DNA of 64,000 nt from Cyclobacteriaceae bacterium (GTDB lineage: Bacteria; Bacteroidota; Bacteroidia; Cytophagales; Cyclobacteriaceae). Shown in pieces: positions 39,594-48,770 of the stretch; position 1 is the stretch's first letter, and every line of letters begins with the position of its first letter. The DNA is taken from assembly GCA_965601455.1 (NCBI GenBank), contig OZ271831.1, forward strand, positions 3,816,268 through 3,880,267, written 5' to 3'. The translations under genes were made by a program, and so were the position numbers. Below the pieces are notes generated by a model. It was not told the origin of the DNA and made no database searches. It saw nothing but the letters and a program-made list of their open reading frames with translations.

Positions 39594-39695
39594 TTTTTTT
39601 TTCGCAAGTGTGAACCTTTCTGAGCCTCAGTCGTTATTTGATGGTGACTTATATGTAGGTACACATAATTAATTTAGAAAGAACAAAATAAGACG

Positions 39696-40289
39696 ATGTT
39701 AAAACTTGCACTAATTATTTTAACCCTTGGCAACACACCTGCTAATGATGCAGAGGTAGCCAACTACAGCGTAAACGTTACTGAGAGCGCTATCGAATGG
39801 AAAGGTGAAACTGTAGCTAAGTTTCACACAGGAACTGTTGACCTCAAAGAAGGTAATCTGGAAATGATAGATGGTAAACTGACTGGCGGATCTTTTGAAG
39901 TATCTATGGCTTCAATCAACTGTACTGATCTTGAAGGCGAGTGGAAAGGAAAATTAGAAGGACACCTTAAATCAGACGACTTCTTTGGAGTAGAAACATA
40001 CCCAACTGCTACTTTCGTAATGACTGAAGCCAAGCAGTTAGACGGTGGTAACTACGAGGTCACCGGTGACTTCACCGTAAAAGGTAAAACAGAAGTTATT
40101 ACTTTCAACACTGAGGTTACAGAGGCTGATGGTAACATCACAGCAGTATCCGAATTCACTTTTGACAGAGCCAAATTTGATGTACGATACGGATCAGACA
40201 ACTTCTTCGATAACCTGGGAGACAAAGCGATTTACAACGACATTCCGTTGAAGATTACGCTGAAAGCTGCAAGAAGCAACGATATCTAA
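39696..40289 (+). CDS. YceI family periplasmic protein
   Basis: IEWKGETVAKFHTGTVDLKEG...GHLKSDDFFGVETYPTATF is the typical YceI lipid/polyisoprenoid-binding domain. Confidence 0.85.
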   Translation: MLKLALIILTLGNTPANDAEVANYSVNVTESAIEWKGETVAKFHTGTVDLKEGNLEMIDGKLTGGSFEVSMASINCTDLEGEWKGKLEGHLKSDDFFGVETYPTATFVMTEAKQLDGGNYEVTGDFTVKGKTEVITFNTEVTEADGNITAVSEFTFDRAKFDVRYGSDNFFDNLGDKAIYNDIPLKITLKAARSNDI

Positions 40290-40325
40290 GGAGTCTAAAC
40301 AGCTATAAGACAGACATAAAGTAAA

Positions 40326-40352
40326 AGCCGGAGCATAGCTCTGGCTTTTTTT
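40326..40352 (+). terminator. Rho-independent terminator after yceI-like gene
   Basis: agccggagc-ata-gctctggct followed by tttttt. Confidence 0.6.
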
Positions 40353-40923
40353 ATTTATTCTGTAGCCTTTCAACTGGTATAACAAGGTCTTGCTTTGGAA
40401 TGAACTCTGGTATTCCACCTGGAAATCTACAATACATAATGTATTCCTTTTTCAATCTACCATAGCCTTTTATGATGGTAGATTGTCTACTCTTTTCAAT
40501 CCCGGCGGCCAATCCACCAGTTAATAAGGTCGCTGCACTTATCACAAGAAACCCGGGTTCTCCATGCATCATAGCTCCCAATAATGAGGGTGTTAATGCA
40601 ACCATTGTGAAACCCATAGTTTTCCTTGCCCTATTCTGGACCGGATGAATCTCATAATTCTTGATCTTTCTTTGATTCACCGATTTTATTCCATTCAATT
40701 CCATAACGCAAACTGAATCAGAGTCGAAACTGATTAACTCCCCTTTCACGATTACGTCCCCTAATGCAATTTCTATCCATGACCCGAACGTACTGTTTTC
40801 TATATAGGTATCGGACCGGCTTGAATGAACCGGCACTACCATATTATAATATTTAGCCTCCGGAGAGCAGCTAGATAGAGTGATGTATAGAAGTAGGGAT
40901 AACCTATTTATCCAAGTAATCAT
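40351..40923 (-). CDS. Hypothetical lipoprotein with a glycine-zipper-like membrane segment
   Basis: The ATG at 40923 gives MITWINRLSLLLYITLSSC (lipobox). A later segment reads GFTMVALTPSLLGAMMHGEPGFLVISAATLLTGGLAAG. Confidence 0.4.
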   Translation of the reverse strand: MITWINRLSLLLYITLSSCSPEAKYYNMVVPVHSSRSDTYIENSTFGSWIEIALGDVIVKGELISFDSDSVCVMELNGIKSVNQRKIKNYEIHPVQNRARKTMGFTMVALTPSLLGAMMHGEPGFLVISAATLLTGGLAAGIEKSRQSTIIKGYGRLKKEYIMYCRFPGGIPEFIPKQDLVIPVERLQNK

Positions 40924-42496
40924 CACTATTGAATTTACTTTTCCAGAACAAAGAATCCATCTTATCCTCAACTTTTACATAATCAGGAGTCATCAGTTTT
41001 AACCACTTGTTCGGATTGAATATTAGTGTTCTCACCATATTCTGATCTTCGCATTTTAACCATTCACTTCGCATCCACTCCACGTAATAGCCTTCAGAAC
41101 GTATAAATGGTGTTACACCACTGGGTAATTCAAAAACCAGTAATTGTGAGTCTCCGGGTTGGTTAACCTTATACAAGTCGTTGGAAGTGTATAACCGCAA
41201 GTCTTTTTCACTTGCTTCATAGTTTACCAAAACCTCTTTAGGGTAAATAATGCTGAAATCAAGAGGTGATACTATGGATGCCACCTGAACAGCATCTATT
41301 CTCCACAAACCTTTGGTAAAGGTCAATCTCACTCTTGAGAAGCTTCCGTCTCGTTCCACAGGTAATAAATGACTTTCTGAAGCAATTGGACCTTGTTCGT
41401 TAATTATGCCAATGCTGACCCATTGATTATCCATCCAAACACTTACTTCGATTCCCCCTAAAATATCATAGATGGTCTTCTGTGCGGATCGAACCCTCGG
41501 ATCAGATCGTTCATATTTCGCAATCCATTCACCTATCCTTGAACCCATCTGCCCCATAGCCTCATAAAAGAGAAATGTAGTCATGAGAGATTGCCTTTTG
41601 GTGACTATTACGCTACCAACTTGCCCGTCTTGCTCAGGGAATTCCAAAACGATAGATTCTCTGGTAGCCAGATGTATAGAGTCACTTTTACTTAGATATT
41701 CGCGCTTGTCTATTTTTTGAAGATGAGATAATTCAACTATACTACCACCATCAATACCAATGGCCATTGATGGTTTATTGGTGCCAAGAAACTGGCTTTC
41801 ACCCCAGTATACGTTAAGTTTTTGTGGATTATGCACGCCGAGGATCTCCACCTTTTTGATGTAGTGTGTTTCCATGGCTTCGTTTTTTACTTTGAGTAAA
41901 AGCTCACTGCCACCATCGACATAATTTGGTAGAGGATCGATATCCTCCTCTTCTAAAGAACGCGAAATACTTGATGAGAAACCCTCAGCTTGCAGTATCT
42001 CTTCCCCGTCATTCATTAGATAGAAAGTAGGGCATGAACCAAAACATGACTTTGGATTCATGATGCAATAGATTGCTCCTATACCTGTGAAGGTGGTTAA
42101 GGTCATTAGCATAGGCGAAATCAGGTTCCAGCCTTTGGTCTCATTAACCTCAATCAGGACAATATCATCGAAGTTTAGTGTGATGTTTTCCAAAGACCAT
42201 TTAGTGCCTCCAATTCTTGATCGATTAATCCCGAATTCATAGCCCTTACATATTAATTCCTGATTTTCATGATCAACCACTATCACCTCAGCTACATACA
42301 AGTGTCCTTTTCTATCATGAATTTTAACTTTATCCGGTTTATTAAGAGTATAGCTTTCTTGCCCAATCAGGGATTCAATCTCTTCAACTTCTACCACCGA
42401 TCGATTAACCGCTATTTTGTAGGTACAGGAGTAAACACTCCATATAAAAAAGGCTAAAAAAAGGCCAAAAAGGGAATATTTTGACCAATTAGACAT
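40904..42496 (-). CDS. Hypothetical lipoprotein (530 aa)
   Basis: It has a signal/lipobox (FIWSVYSC) and no recognised domain. Confidence 0.45.
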   Translation of the reverse strand: MSNWSKYSLFGLFLAFFIWSVYSCTYKIAVNRSVVEVEEIESLIGQESYTLNKPDKVKIHDRKGHLYVAEVIVVDHENQELICKGYEFGINRSRIGGTKWSLENITLNFDDIVLIEVNETKGWNLISPMLMTLTTFTGIGAIYCIMNPKSCFGSCPTFYLMNDGEEILQAEGFSSSISRSLEEEDIDPLPNYVDGGSELLLKVKNEAMETHYIKKVEILGVHNPQKLNVYWGESQFLGTNKPSMAIGIDGGSIVELSHLQKIDKREYLSKSDSIHLATRESIVLEFPEQDGQVGSVIVTKRQSLMTTFLFYEAMGQMGSRIGEWIAKYERSDPRVRSAQKTIYDILGGIEVSVWMDNQWVSIGIINEQGPIASESHLLPVERDGSFSRVRLTFTKGLWRIDAVQVASIVSPLDFSIIYPKEVLVNYEASEKDLRLYTSNDLYKVNQPGDSQLLVFELPSGVTPFIRSEGYYVEWMRSEWLKCEDQNMVRTLIFNPNKWLKLMTPDYVKVEDKMDSLFWKSKFNSDDYLDK

Positions 42497-42542
42497 ACTT
42501 TAAAATACTAAATTCTGGCCAAAAAAGCAAGGCTTGGAGCCC

Positions 42543-42590
42543 CTAGGAATGCATCCAACCCTGTGCTTGGAGCTCCACTGTGTCCCTTAA
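42543..42590 (-). pseudogene. Displaced remnant of the thiL 3' end (last ~15 codons plus stop)
   Basis: The minus-strand translation is LRDTVELQAQGWMHS*, against the intact thiL C-terminus QNVVELQAQGWKHFE*. At the DNA level, 42548-42578 matches 51032-51062 at 28/31. Confidence 0.6.
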
Positions 42591-42621
42591 TCAACCCATA
42601 ATTTGGTGCAATCCCCGATTA

Positions 42622-42659
42622 CCTAAAGTATCTGCGACAAATCCTAAAGTCTGTGCGAC
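42622..42659 (+). promoter_or_regulatory. Tandem direct repeat, 17 bp - 4 bp - 17 bp (CCTAAAGTATCTGCGAC aaat CCTAAAGTCTGTGCGAC); candidate AraC-type activator site
   Basis: The two 17-mers are 15/17 identical with a 21-bp period. The element ends 75 nt upstream of the ATG at 42735 and about 32 nt upstream of a TAnnTTTG-like box (tattttta, 42691-42698). The same architecture occurs at 50667-50704. Confidence 0.5.
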
Positions 42660-42734
42660 GTAATTCTTAGCGTTCCGCACTACCCCCACGTATTTTTACT
42701 AAGAGTAATTCGATCACTATTTCAGACTAAGTAA

Positions 42735-44846
42735 ATGATCGAACAAAAAGGTTTTGTCTTGACACAAGAAAATAATTTGCGTAATTTCATTGGGACCAAC
42801 CGGCCTCAACCACCGATGAATCATCCGGAAAAATCCGATCCTGCCAAAGATCATGGAAGTAATGATCCCGTTTCCATGGATGAAGTTTTTCTTGAAAAGA
42901 TCAAAAAGGCTATTGACGAAAACCTTGAAACCAGGAATTTTGGGGTAGACGAACTTGGGAAGGAAATCGGTATGAGCCGTTCGCAGATTCATCGAAAAAT
43001 GCAGGCTCTGGGTGACATCTCACCTTCCAAGTACATCAGAACAAGAAAACTACAAAAAGCTAGAGAATACTTGCAAAAAAACGTAGGCAACGTATCCGAA
43101 ATATCGTTCCGTCTTGGATTTAGTAGCCCAGCCTACTTTACACAAGTATACACCGCTGAATTTGGTTATCCTCCTAGTGAAGAAGAACGAATAAGTCCTG
43201 CGGAAGCAGCAAAACTAATTCTATCGAAAGACGGTAAAGGTTCCACGCGAAAACTGGCCGCGATCATGTTTACGGATATCGTCGGATATACTACGTTGAT
43301 GGGCAAGAACGAACAAAAAGGCCTCGAGATACTTCGCCAGAGTCGTGAAATCCAAAAACCATTAGTAGAAGCGAATGGAGGAAAATGGCTAAAGGAAATG
43401 GGGGATGGTGTGCTCACACAGTTCGATAGCGCATATGATTGTGTACTCTGTGCTCTGCGAATTCAAAGAGCCGCGACCATGGGATTCGAGGCTAAAATTC
43501 GAATAGGTATTCACCTGGGAGACATTACTATCGAAGGCGATGATGTTTTTGGTGACGGAGTTAACATAGCCTCAAGATTGCAGGACATTGCCGATCCGGG
43601 AGGTATCTACATCTCAGAATCTATTCAAAAGGCATTACGGGGTCGATCGGAAATCCAATACCAACACCTAGGTGAGATCCAGCTCAAAAACGTCGATTAC
43701 CTGGTTAACACTTTTTGCCTGGTTGATGAAAGTCTACCCTCCCCTGCCGCATCCAGAATTCAAAAACTACGTGCCTCCAGCATTCGCGACACACATGCCC
43801 CACTATCCAATGTAAATGATGAACTTATCTTGGAAGTTTTTGACGAATTGACCCGGGCCAAACCTTCTGTTAAACGCTACCTCGAGATCCTCGAAGAGGA
43901 GGAGGAAGAACCAGATATTCGGGAGCTGGCGGATCTCATCATTAGAAACTATCCATGGATTATTGGTGTGGAACTCCGTAGGCTATTCTCAGGATCACTG
44001 CGGGCATTGGATAAGGACCGATTAGAACAAATACTCACTACCATCCACCGCTCCTTACAGTTCTTAGCCTATCTCTTAATCATTGAGCTCTACGAAAGAA
44101 TACTGGATGGCTCGATATCCGTCAACCCTGATTTTCAGACCAATTTCAAATCTCGATTCCTGGAACTTTCACATGACGACTATCTGTGGATTATCGCCGA
44201 GACAAACCAGGTAATGAAGGGAATTGACAGGTTCATTCCTGAGCTCTCGGAAAATATTGATGAACAGTTTATCCAAGGACTGGAATTGGAAATCCCAAAA
44301 CGGGACTATACCGGTGGGTTTAAGATAGAATTGAATGAAGAGGAACTGGCAAAAAAATGCTTCGAATACCAGGAAGTACTCACCTTCATTTTAAAACGAC
44401 TGGCTGTCCTTACTCCTTATAAGCTTGTCACTATCAAAGAGATTAAAGTATTAAAGACCCGAAGGGAAAAGGCCCTGTTTGAGCATTGGATGGATATTCT
44501 GAGCAACAACAATTCGGATTTCCGCTCCAAGGAAGAAACATTCGATTCATTCTCGGACAGCAATTCCGTTTTGCTCATGAAAAGTCTGAAACGACCAGAC
44601 CATTTCCTGAATTTATCGCCATTTATTATCGATACTCGGGGTGAATCAATGGATTCGCGGGAAAAGTTTGATCTTAAAAAAGACATATTCGTTTGTGAAG
44701 GACTGGCAAATAACAGCCTTAGATACGTAGGGACCGAAATAGCGGAAGAATGTGATCTTGGAAGCCTAAGCAACTATCAAAAACTGGTAGAGGAATTTCG
44801 GGACATCACGAACCTTGATGGAAGCGCGAAAGGAGGTGAATCATGA
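42735..44846 (+). CDS. AraC-type HTH + class III adenylate/guanylate cyclase domain + C-terminal alpha-helical domain of unknown function
   Basis: The HTH spans about aa 48-147 (GMSRSQIHRKMQALGDISPSKYIRTRKLQKAREYL...ISFRLGFSSPAYFTQVYTAEFGYPPSE). The cyclase spans about aa 173-330 (AAIMFTDIVGYTTLMG, WLKEMGDGVL, IRIGIHLGDI, DDVFGDGVNIASRL). The remaining ~340 aa are helical with no recognised family. Confidence 0.85.
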   Translation: MIEQKGFVLTQENNLRNFIGTNRPQPPMNHPEKSDPAKDHGSNDPVSMDEVFLEKIKKAIDENLETRNFGVDELGKEIGMSRSQIHRKMQALGDISPSKYIRTRKLQKAREYLQKNVGNVSEISFRLGFSSPAYFTQVYTAEFGYPPSEEERISPAEAAKLILSKDGKGSTRKLAAIMFTDIVGYTTLMGKNEQKGLEILRQSREIQKPLVEANGGKWLKEMGDGVLTQFDSAYDCVLCALRIQRAATMGFEAKIRIGIHLGDITIEGDDVFGDGVNIASRLQDIADPGGIYISESIQKALRGRSEIQYQHLGEIQLKNVDYLVNTFCLVDESLPSPAASRIQKLRASSIRDTHAPLSNVNDELILEVFDELTRAKPSVKRYLEILEEEEEEPDIRELADLIIRNYPWIIGVELRRLFSGSLRALDKDRLEQILTTIHRSLQFLAYLLIIELYERILDGSISVNPDFQTNFKSRFLELSHDDYLWIIAETNQVMKGIDRFIPELSENIDEQFIQGLELEIPKRDYTGGFKIELNEEELAKKCFEYQEVLTFILKRLAVLTPYKLVTIKEIKVLKTRREKALFEHWMDILSNNNSDFRSKEETFDSFSDSNSVLLMKSLKRPDHFLNLSPFIIDTRGESMDSREKFDLKKDIFVCEGLANNSLRYVGTEIAEECDLGSLSNYQKLVEEFRDITNLDGSAKGGES

Positions 44847-47737
44847 CTGCTCAGTCTCCATTCAAATTTCTTGATAGTTATACCGAACAGGATCGTGAGA
44901 TATTTTTTGGAAGAGACCAGGAAATTGAGGAAGTCTACAAGAAAGTGTTCCAGGGTCAGACCCTTTTCATCTACGGCGAATCCGGGACCGGCAAATCAAG
45001 TTTGATCAGTTGTGGGCTGGCTAATCGATTCAAGAAATCCGATTGGTTACCCGTTCATGTCCGTCGTGGGGAAAATATCAATGAATCTCTAACACGTGAA
45101 ATAAAGAAAACCGGTTTGACAGACATAAGCCTCAATGGAGACTCAAGGAATAACCTGTTCAAACTTACAAGATCCCTCTATCTGGATTTCTTCAAACCCA
45201 TCTATTTCATTTTTGATCAATTTGAGGAATTATATCTGCTGGGAGATAAAGAGGAATGGGAAGAATTCGTGGGTGGCATTAAAGCACTTTCCGAAAAGGA
45301 ATTGAATGTTCATTTCATCTTTATCATCCGCTCAGAATACCTGCATTTTCTATCCGAATTCGAATACGAGTTACCGGAAATCTTTAACAATAAGATTCGC
45401 GTGGAGAAAATCACTCGAACAAAAGCCAGGGAGTGCATTGAAGGACCGTGCAATGTATTTGACATAGAACTTGAAAAGGACTTCACGGATCAACTTTTTG
45501 ATAAGCTAAGCCCTGACAGCATAGAAGTAGAGCTTACCTATTTGCAGGTTTACCTGGATCGCGTGTATAAGCTTGCAAGTTCTAAAGCCGAGGACGATAA
45601 GGTGGTTTTCTCCAATTCTCTACTGGAGGATATTGGACTCGTGAGTGACGTACTATCTGATTTTCTGGATGAGCAAATTGAGGAAATGCCCAATCAGGAA
45701 TCTGCTCTAAACACACTAAAGGCATTTGTTACGGTTGATGGTACCAAGAAACAGGTGAACACTGAGGAGGTTGTCAGCTTTGCCCAGTCCATAGGGAAGA
45801 GTTTAAATGAGGTACAAGCACAGCAGGTAATCAATGAGTTGCTTGAGAGAAGAATTCTTAAGGAGATTCCGGACCTCAAAAAATTTGAACTTCGGCACGA
45901 TGCGCTTGCCCTGAAGATATATGAGAAGATCACTATTCGTGAACGTGAACTGATCGAGGTTAAGCAATTCCTGGAATATGGACTGGCAGAGTATCAAAAA
46001 CGGAAATTCCTACTTAACGATAAAGACCTGGCATACATCGAACCTCATTTGCCTCAACTCAACCTGAGAGGGGAAATAAAGGAGTTTGTGGACGAAAGCA
46101 TGGATCAGGCCGGCAGAAAGCGAAGAATTCGAAAGCGTGTTATAGCGATTGTTGCCATTATAATTATCCTCCTGATCACCTCTGTAATCGGATTTATACT
46201 TGCCCAACAGCAACGTGAGCAAGCGTTACTCCAAAAAGAAATCGCTGAAGAAAATGCGTATGAGGCAGAAGAGCAGAAAAAGCTCGCAGAAATCAATGCC
46301 TCTTTGGCTGTAGAAGCCCAGGATGAGGCCGAAAAAAATGCCGAAGAAGCTTCCAGGCAGGCATTCATAGCCCAGGAAAATGAACAACTCGCAAAGGAAC
46401 AGGCATCAATCGCAGAACAACAAAGGAGTCTGGCTCAAGAGCAACGAGTAGAAGCAGAATCACAAAGAGAACAGGCTATTGAGCAACGACAAATAGCCGA
46501 AAATCAGCGCCGAAGAGCGGAAGAACAAACAGTAATTGCCCAGGAAGCCCTGCAACAAATAGAGAAATTAAGGATTCTATCAAATGCTGTAAGCCTGGCT
46601 AATAAGTCTATTGCTTTACGACAGGAACCTTTGAAAAGTCAACTGGCCCTTCAAGCCTATTCATTTTACTCTTCTCAGCCTGTCGAGGGCAGAAACTCTT
46701 CAATACTAAATGCCCTGCACTTCGCCATGAAAAGTCAATTTGGGCCCGAGTACAACGTACTTCAGGGACATACGGGTAGAATCAATCAGATTCACTTATC
46801 GAATAATGACTTTTTCTCCCTGGAAGATGCGGGCAAACTACTTCAGTGGACGATGGCTGACGGGAAATTTGAGAGCCACGAGTTCATGAAAATTGAGGAG
46901 ACTTCCGGGATCAGCCGTAGGGTAAACGCATTATCCGAAAATAACGAGGGTCACTTTCTGGTCAGTACAGGATCTAATCTCTTTTGGTACATTCGAGAGG
47001 AGGTATTAACTCCCATCGAACTCAAGCAATTTAAGGGAACAGTTATCAAAATTCTTCCGGGCGATTCGATATGGACCATTTTATCCAGTGATCAGATCGT
47101 CACCCTATCCATTAATGACGACAATTCTTTAAACACCAGGTACCGACAGTTCGAAACTCAAATTGTAGATGCAGCTCGATTCAATGATGAATACTTGCTT
47201 CTTAGCCAGGAAGGGGTAAGTATTTACGACCGAACAAGGGACTCAGTTCGCAATACCAACTATACTCTGGAACCATTTCCAACCAAGATCGCATACTCAG
47301 CTAAAAGAAATGAAGTGGCTATTGGGAACGGCGAAGGACAGGTAATCCTATACAATCCGGATGACCAACAAATCATTGAACGGTTTCCCGGACATACATC
47401 CATCATTTCTGTACTGCAATTCTCAGACACTGACAACAAGCTCATATCAGCGGGATTTGATCGAGTAGTCAATATCTGGGACCTGGAAGACTTTGGCCAG
47501 GAACCGCTTCAATTCGCGGATCATGATCAGTTTGTCACTGCCGTTGGATACAGTTTGGTCAATCAGTTAATCGTGGTTGGTGAAATAGACGGAACCTTAA
47601 ACTACTATAACCTGGACTCCGATGTGTCCTACAAGCGTTTATGCCAATCGGTTGACGAAGCGATGAATGCTGCAACCTGGGAAAGGTATGTCGGAAATGA
47701 ATTTGAATATAACCCCTATAAATGCGAAGAAAAATGA
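44843..47737 (+). CDS. STAND-class P-loop NTPase (nSTAND1-like) - single TM - long coiled coil - WD40 beta-propeller
   Basis: The N-terminus is SPFKFLDSYTEQDREIFFGRDQEIEEV, with Walker A GESGTGKSS and Walker B IYFIFDQFEEL. A winged-helix-like FELRHDALALKIY follows. A basic cluster RKRRIRKR precedes the TM helix VIAIVAIIIILLITSVIGFILA (aa 433-454). An ~125-aa Q/E/A-rich coiled coil comes next. WD40 blades include GHTGRINQIH...LLQW and GHTSIISVLQFSDTDNKLISAGFDRVVNIWDL. The start overlaps the upstream stop (ATGA). Confidence 0.8.
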   Translation: MTAQSPFKFLDSYTEQDREIFFGRDQEIEEVYKKVFQGQTLFIYGESGTGKSSLISCGLANRFKKSDWLPVHVRRGENINESLTREIKKTGLTDISLNGDSRNNLFKLTRSLYLDFFKPIYFIFDQFEELYLLGDKEEWEEFVGGIKALSEKELNVHFIFIIRSEYLHFLSEFEYELPEIFNNKIRVEKITRTKARECIEGPCNVFDIELEKDFTDQLFDKLSPDSIEVELTYLQVYLDRVYKLASSKAEDDKVVFSNSLLEDIGLVSDVLSDFLDEQIEEMPNQESALNTLKAFVTVDGTKKQVNTEEVVSFAQSIGKSLNEVQAQQVINELLERRILKEIPDLKKFELRHDALALKIYEKITIRERELIEVKQFLEYGLAEYQKRKFLLNDKDLAYIEPHLPQLNLRGEIKEFVDESMDQAGRKRRIRKRVIAIVAIIIILLITSVIGFILAQQQREQALLQKEIAEENAYEAEEQKKLAEINASLAVEAQDEAEKNAEEASRQAFIAQENEQLAKEQASIAEQQRSLAQEQRVEAESQREQAIEQRQIAENQRRRAEEQTVIAQEALQQIEKLRILSNAVSLANKSIALRQEPLKSQLALQAYSFYSSQPVEGRNSSILNALHFAMKSQFGPEYNVLQGHTGRINQIHLSNNDFFSLEDAGKLLQWTMADGKFESHEFMKIEETSGISRRVNALSENNEGHFLVSTGSNLFWYIREEVLTPIELKQFKGTVIKILPGDSIWTILSSDQIVTLSINDDNSLNTRYRQFETQIVDAARFNDEYLLLSQEGVSIYDRTRDSVRNTNYTLEPFPTKIAYSAKRNEVAIGNGEGQVILYNPDDQQIIERFPGHTSIISVLQFSDTDNKLISAGFDRVVNIWDLEDFGQEPLQFADHDQFVTAVGYSLVNQLIVVGEIDGTLNYYNLDSDVSYKRLCQSVDEAMNAATWERYVGNEFEYNPYKCEEK

Positions 47738-48768
47738 GAAAATCATCTATCGTTCCCATTTTAATCATCTTACTGGTTCTGGTAGCTAATCCAGCAAAGT
47801 CCCAATGCGGAAAAAACCTGGAGGACGCTAGACGAGCGTATTACAATGGAGATTTCAGATCAGTGGAATCTTTGCTTGAAGACTGCTTGGAAACATTCTC
47901 GGACGAAGAGAAAATCGAAGCATACAAGCTTTTAACCAACATGTATCTCCTTTGGAATAACCAGGAAAAAGCTGATCAATCAATGTTCAGGTTTTTGGAA
48001 TTGAATCCATACTATACCTTGAGGGAGAGCGACCTGGTAGAATTCCAGGAACTGCATAAGGAGTACAAGGTAAAGACCCGGTTCACATACGGATTCAGTG
48101 TTGGATACCTGCATTCGGATTACATCATCATGCAACATCAGAGCCTGGCAGGAACCACTGAGGAGCCAGCGGATTACAAGGAATTTCCGGGGATTATCGT
48201 AGGAGTCACCGGTGATTATCGCTTGTATAAAGATTTCTATGCAAATGTCGGCCTCTTGTATTCACGAAGGAGCATGAGGCAGCAGGAAGAGATTCTCGAA
48301 TACCAAAAGGTAGCCAGCTTCGAGAAAGACCATTTCCTAAACATCCCCCTCCAAATTCGATACATCGCAGATTTTCGTACCATAAAGCCTTTTTTGGGAG
48401 GGGGTTATGGTGCACACATTCTGTTGCAATCCCAGGGAGATATTGATCGGATTCCACTAGAACCCGATTTTCCTAGTATTGTAGGAATAGCCGAGCAGAC
48501 CACTGACTATAACCTCACCAAACAAAGGCGAAAGTTGACGCATAATTGGAATGCCAGTACAGGTGTAATTATCGACTTCAATCAGTTTCTGGTAGAATTA
48601 AAAGCTACCTATCAATTGGGCATTAACAATGAAATCAACAGGAATTACTGGCTGAAGAATACGGAATTAACCGAAGTCTATGCCTTCGTCTCTGATGACT
48701 ATCGGATTGATAGTTACCTGTTTACGATCTCCCTATTAAGAAATATTTCTAACCCCATAAAGAATTGA
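47722..48768 (+). CDS. Secreted TPR-like N-domain + outer-membrane beta-barrel (PorT/OMP_b-brl-like) protein
   Basis: It has a signal peptide (IVPILIILLVLVANPAKSQ). A TPR-like segment follows (ARRAYYNGDFRSVESLLEDCLE...AYKLLTNMYLLWNNQEKADQSMFRFLELNPYY). The rest shows amphipathic beta-strands (FTYGFSVGY, IIVGVTGDYRL, ANVGLLYSR, LNIPLQIRYIA, PFLGGGYGAHILL, FLVELKATYQLGI). An alternative ATG at 47734 gives an ATGA overlap with the upstream stop. Confidence 0.55.
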   Translation: MRRKMRKSSIVPILIILLVLVANPAKSQCGKNLEDARRAYYNGDFRSVESLLEDCLETFSDEEKIEAYKLLTNMYLLWNNQEKADQSMFRFLELNPYYTLRESDLVEFQELHKEYKVKTRFTYGFSVGYLHSDYIIMQHQSLAGTTEEPADYKEFPGIIVGVTGDYRLYKDFYANVGLLYSRRSMRQQEEILEYQKVASFEKDHFLNIPLQIRYIADFRTIKPFLGGGYGAHILLQSQGDIDRIPLEPDFPSIVGIAEQTTDYNLTKQRRKLTHNWNASTGVIIDFNQFLVELKATYQLGINNEINRNYWLKNTELTEVYAFVSDDYRIDSYLFTISLLRNISNPIKN

Positions 48769-48770
48769 TC

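Noticed and set aside
42735-47737. Interpreting the cyclase + downstream gene pair as a Pycsar- or CBASS-like cyclic-nucleotide defence system.
   Set aside because: No cNMP-binding (CAP/Crp-like), SAVED, TIR, patatin or pore-forming effector is recognisable. The cyclase has the Lys/Asp adenine-specifying pair, and the partner is a STAND NTPase. I therefore kept it as an unclassified system.
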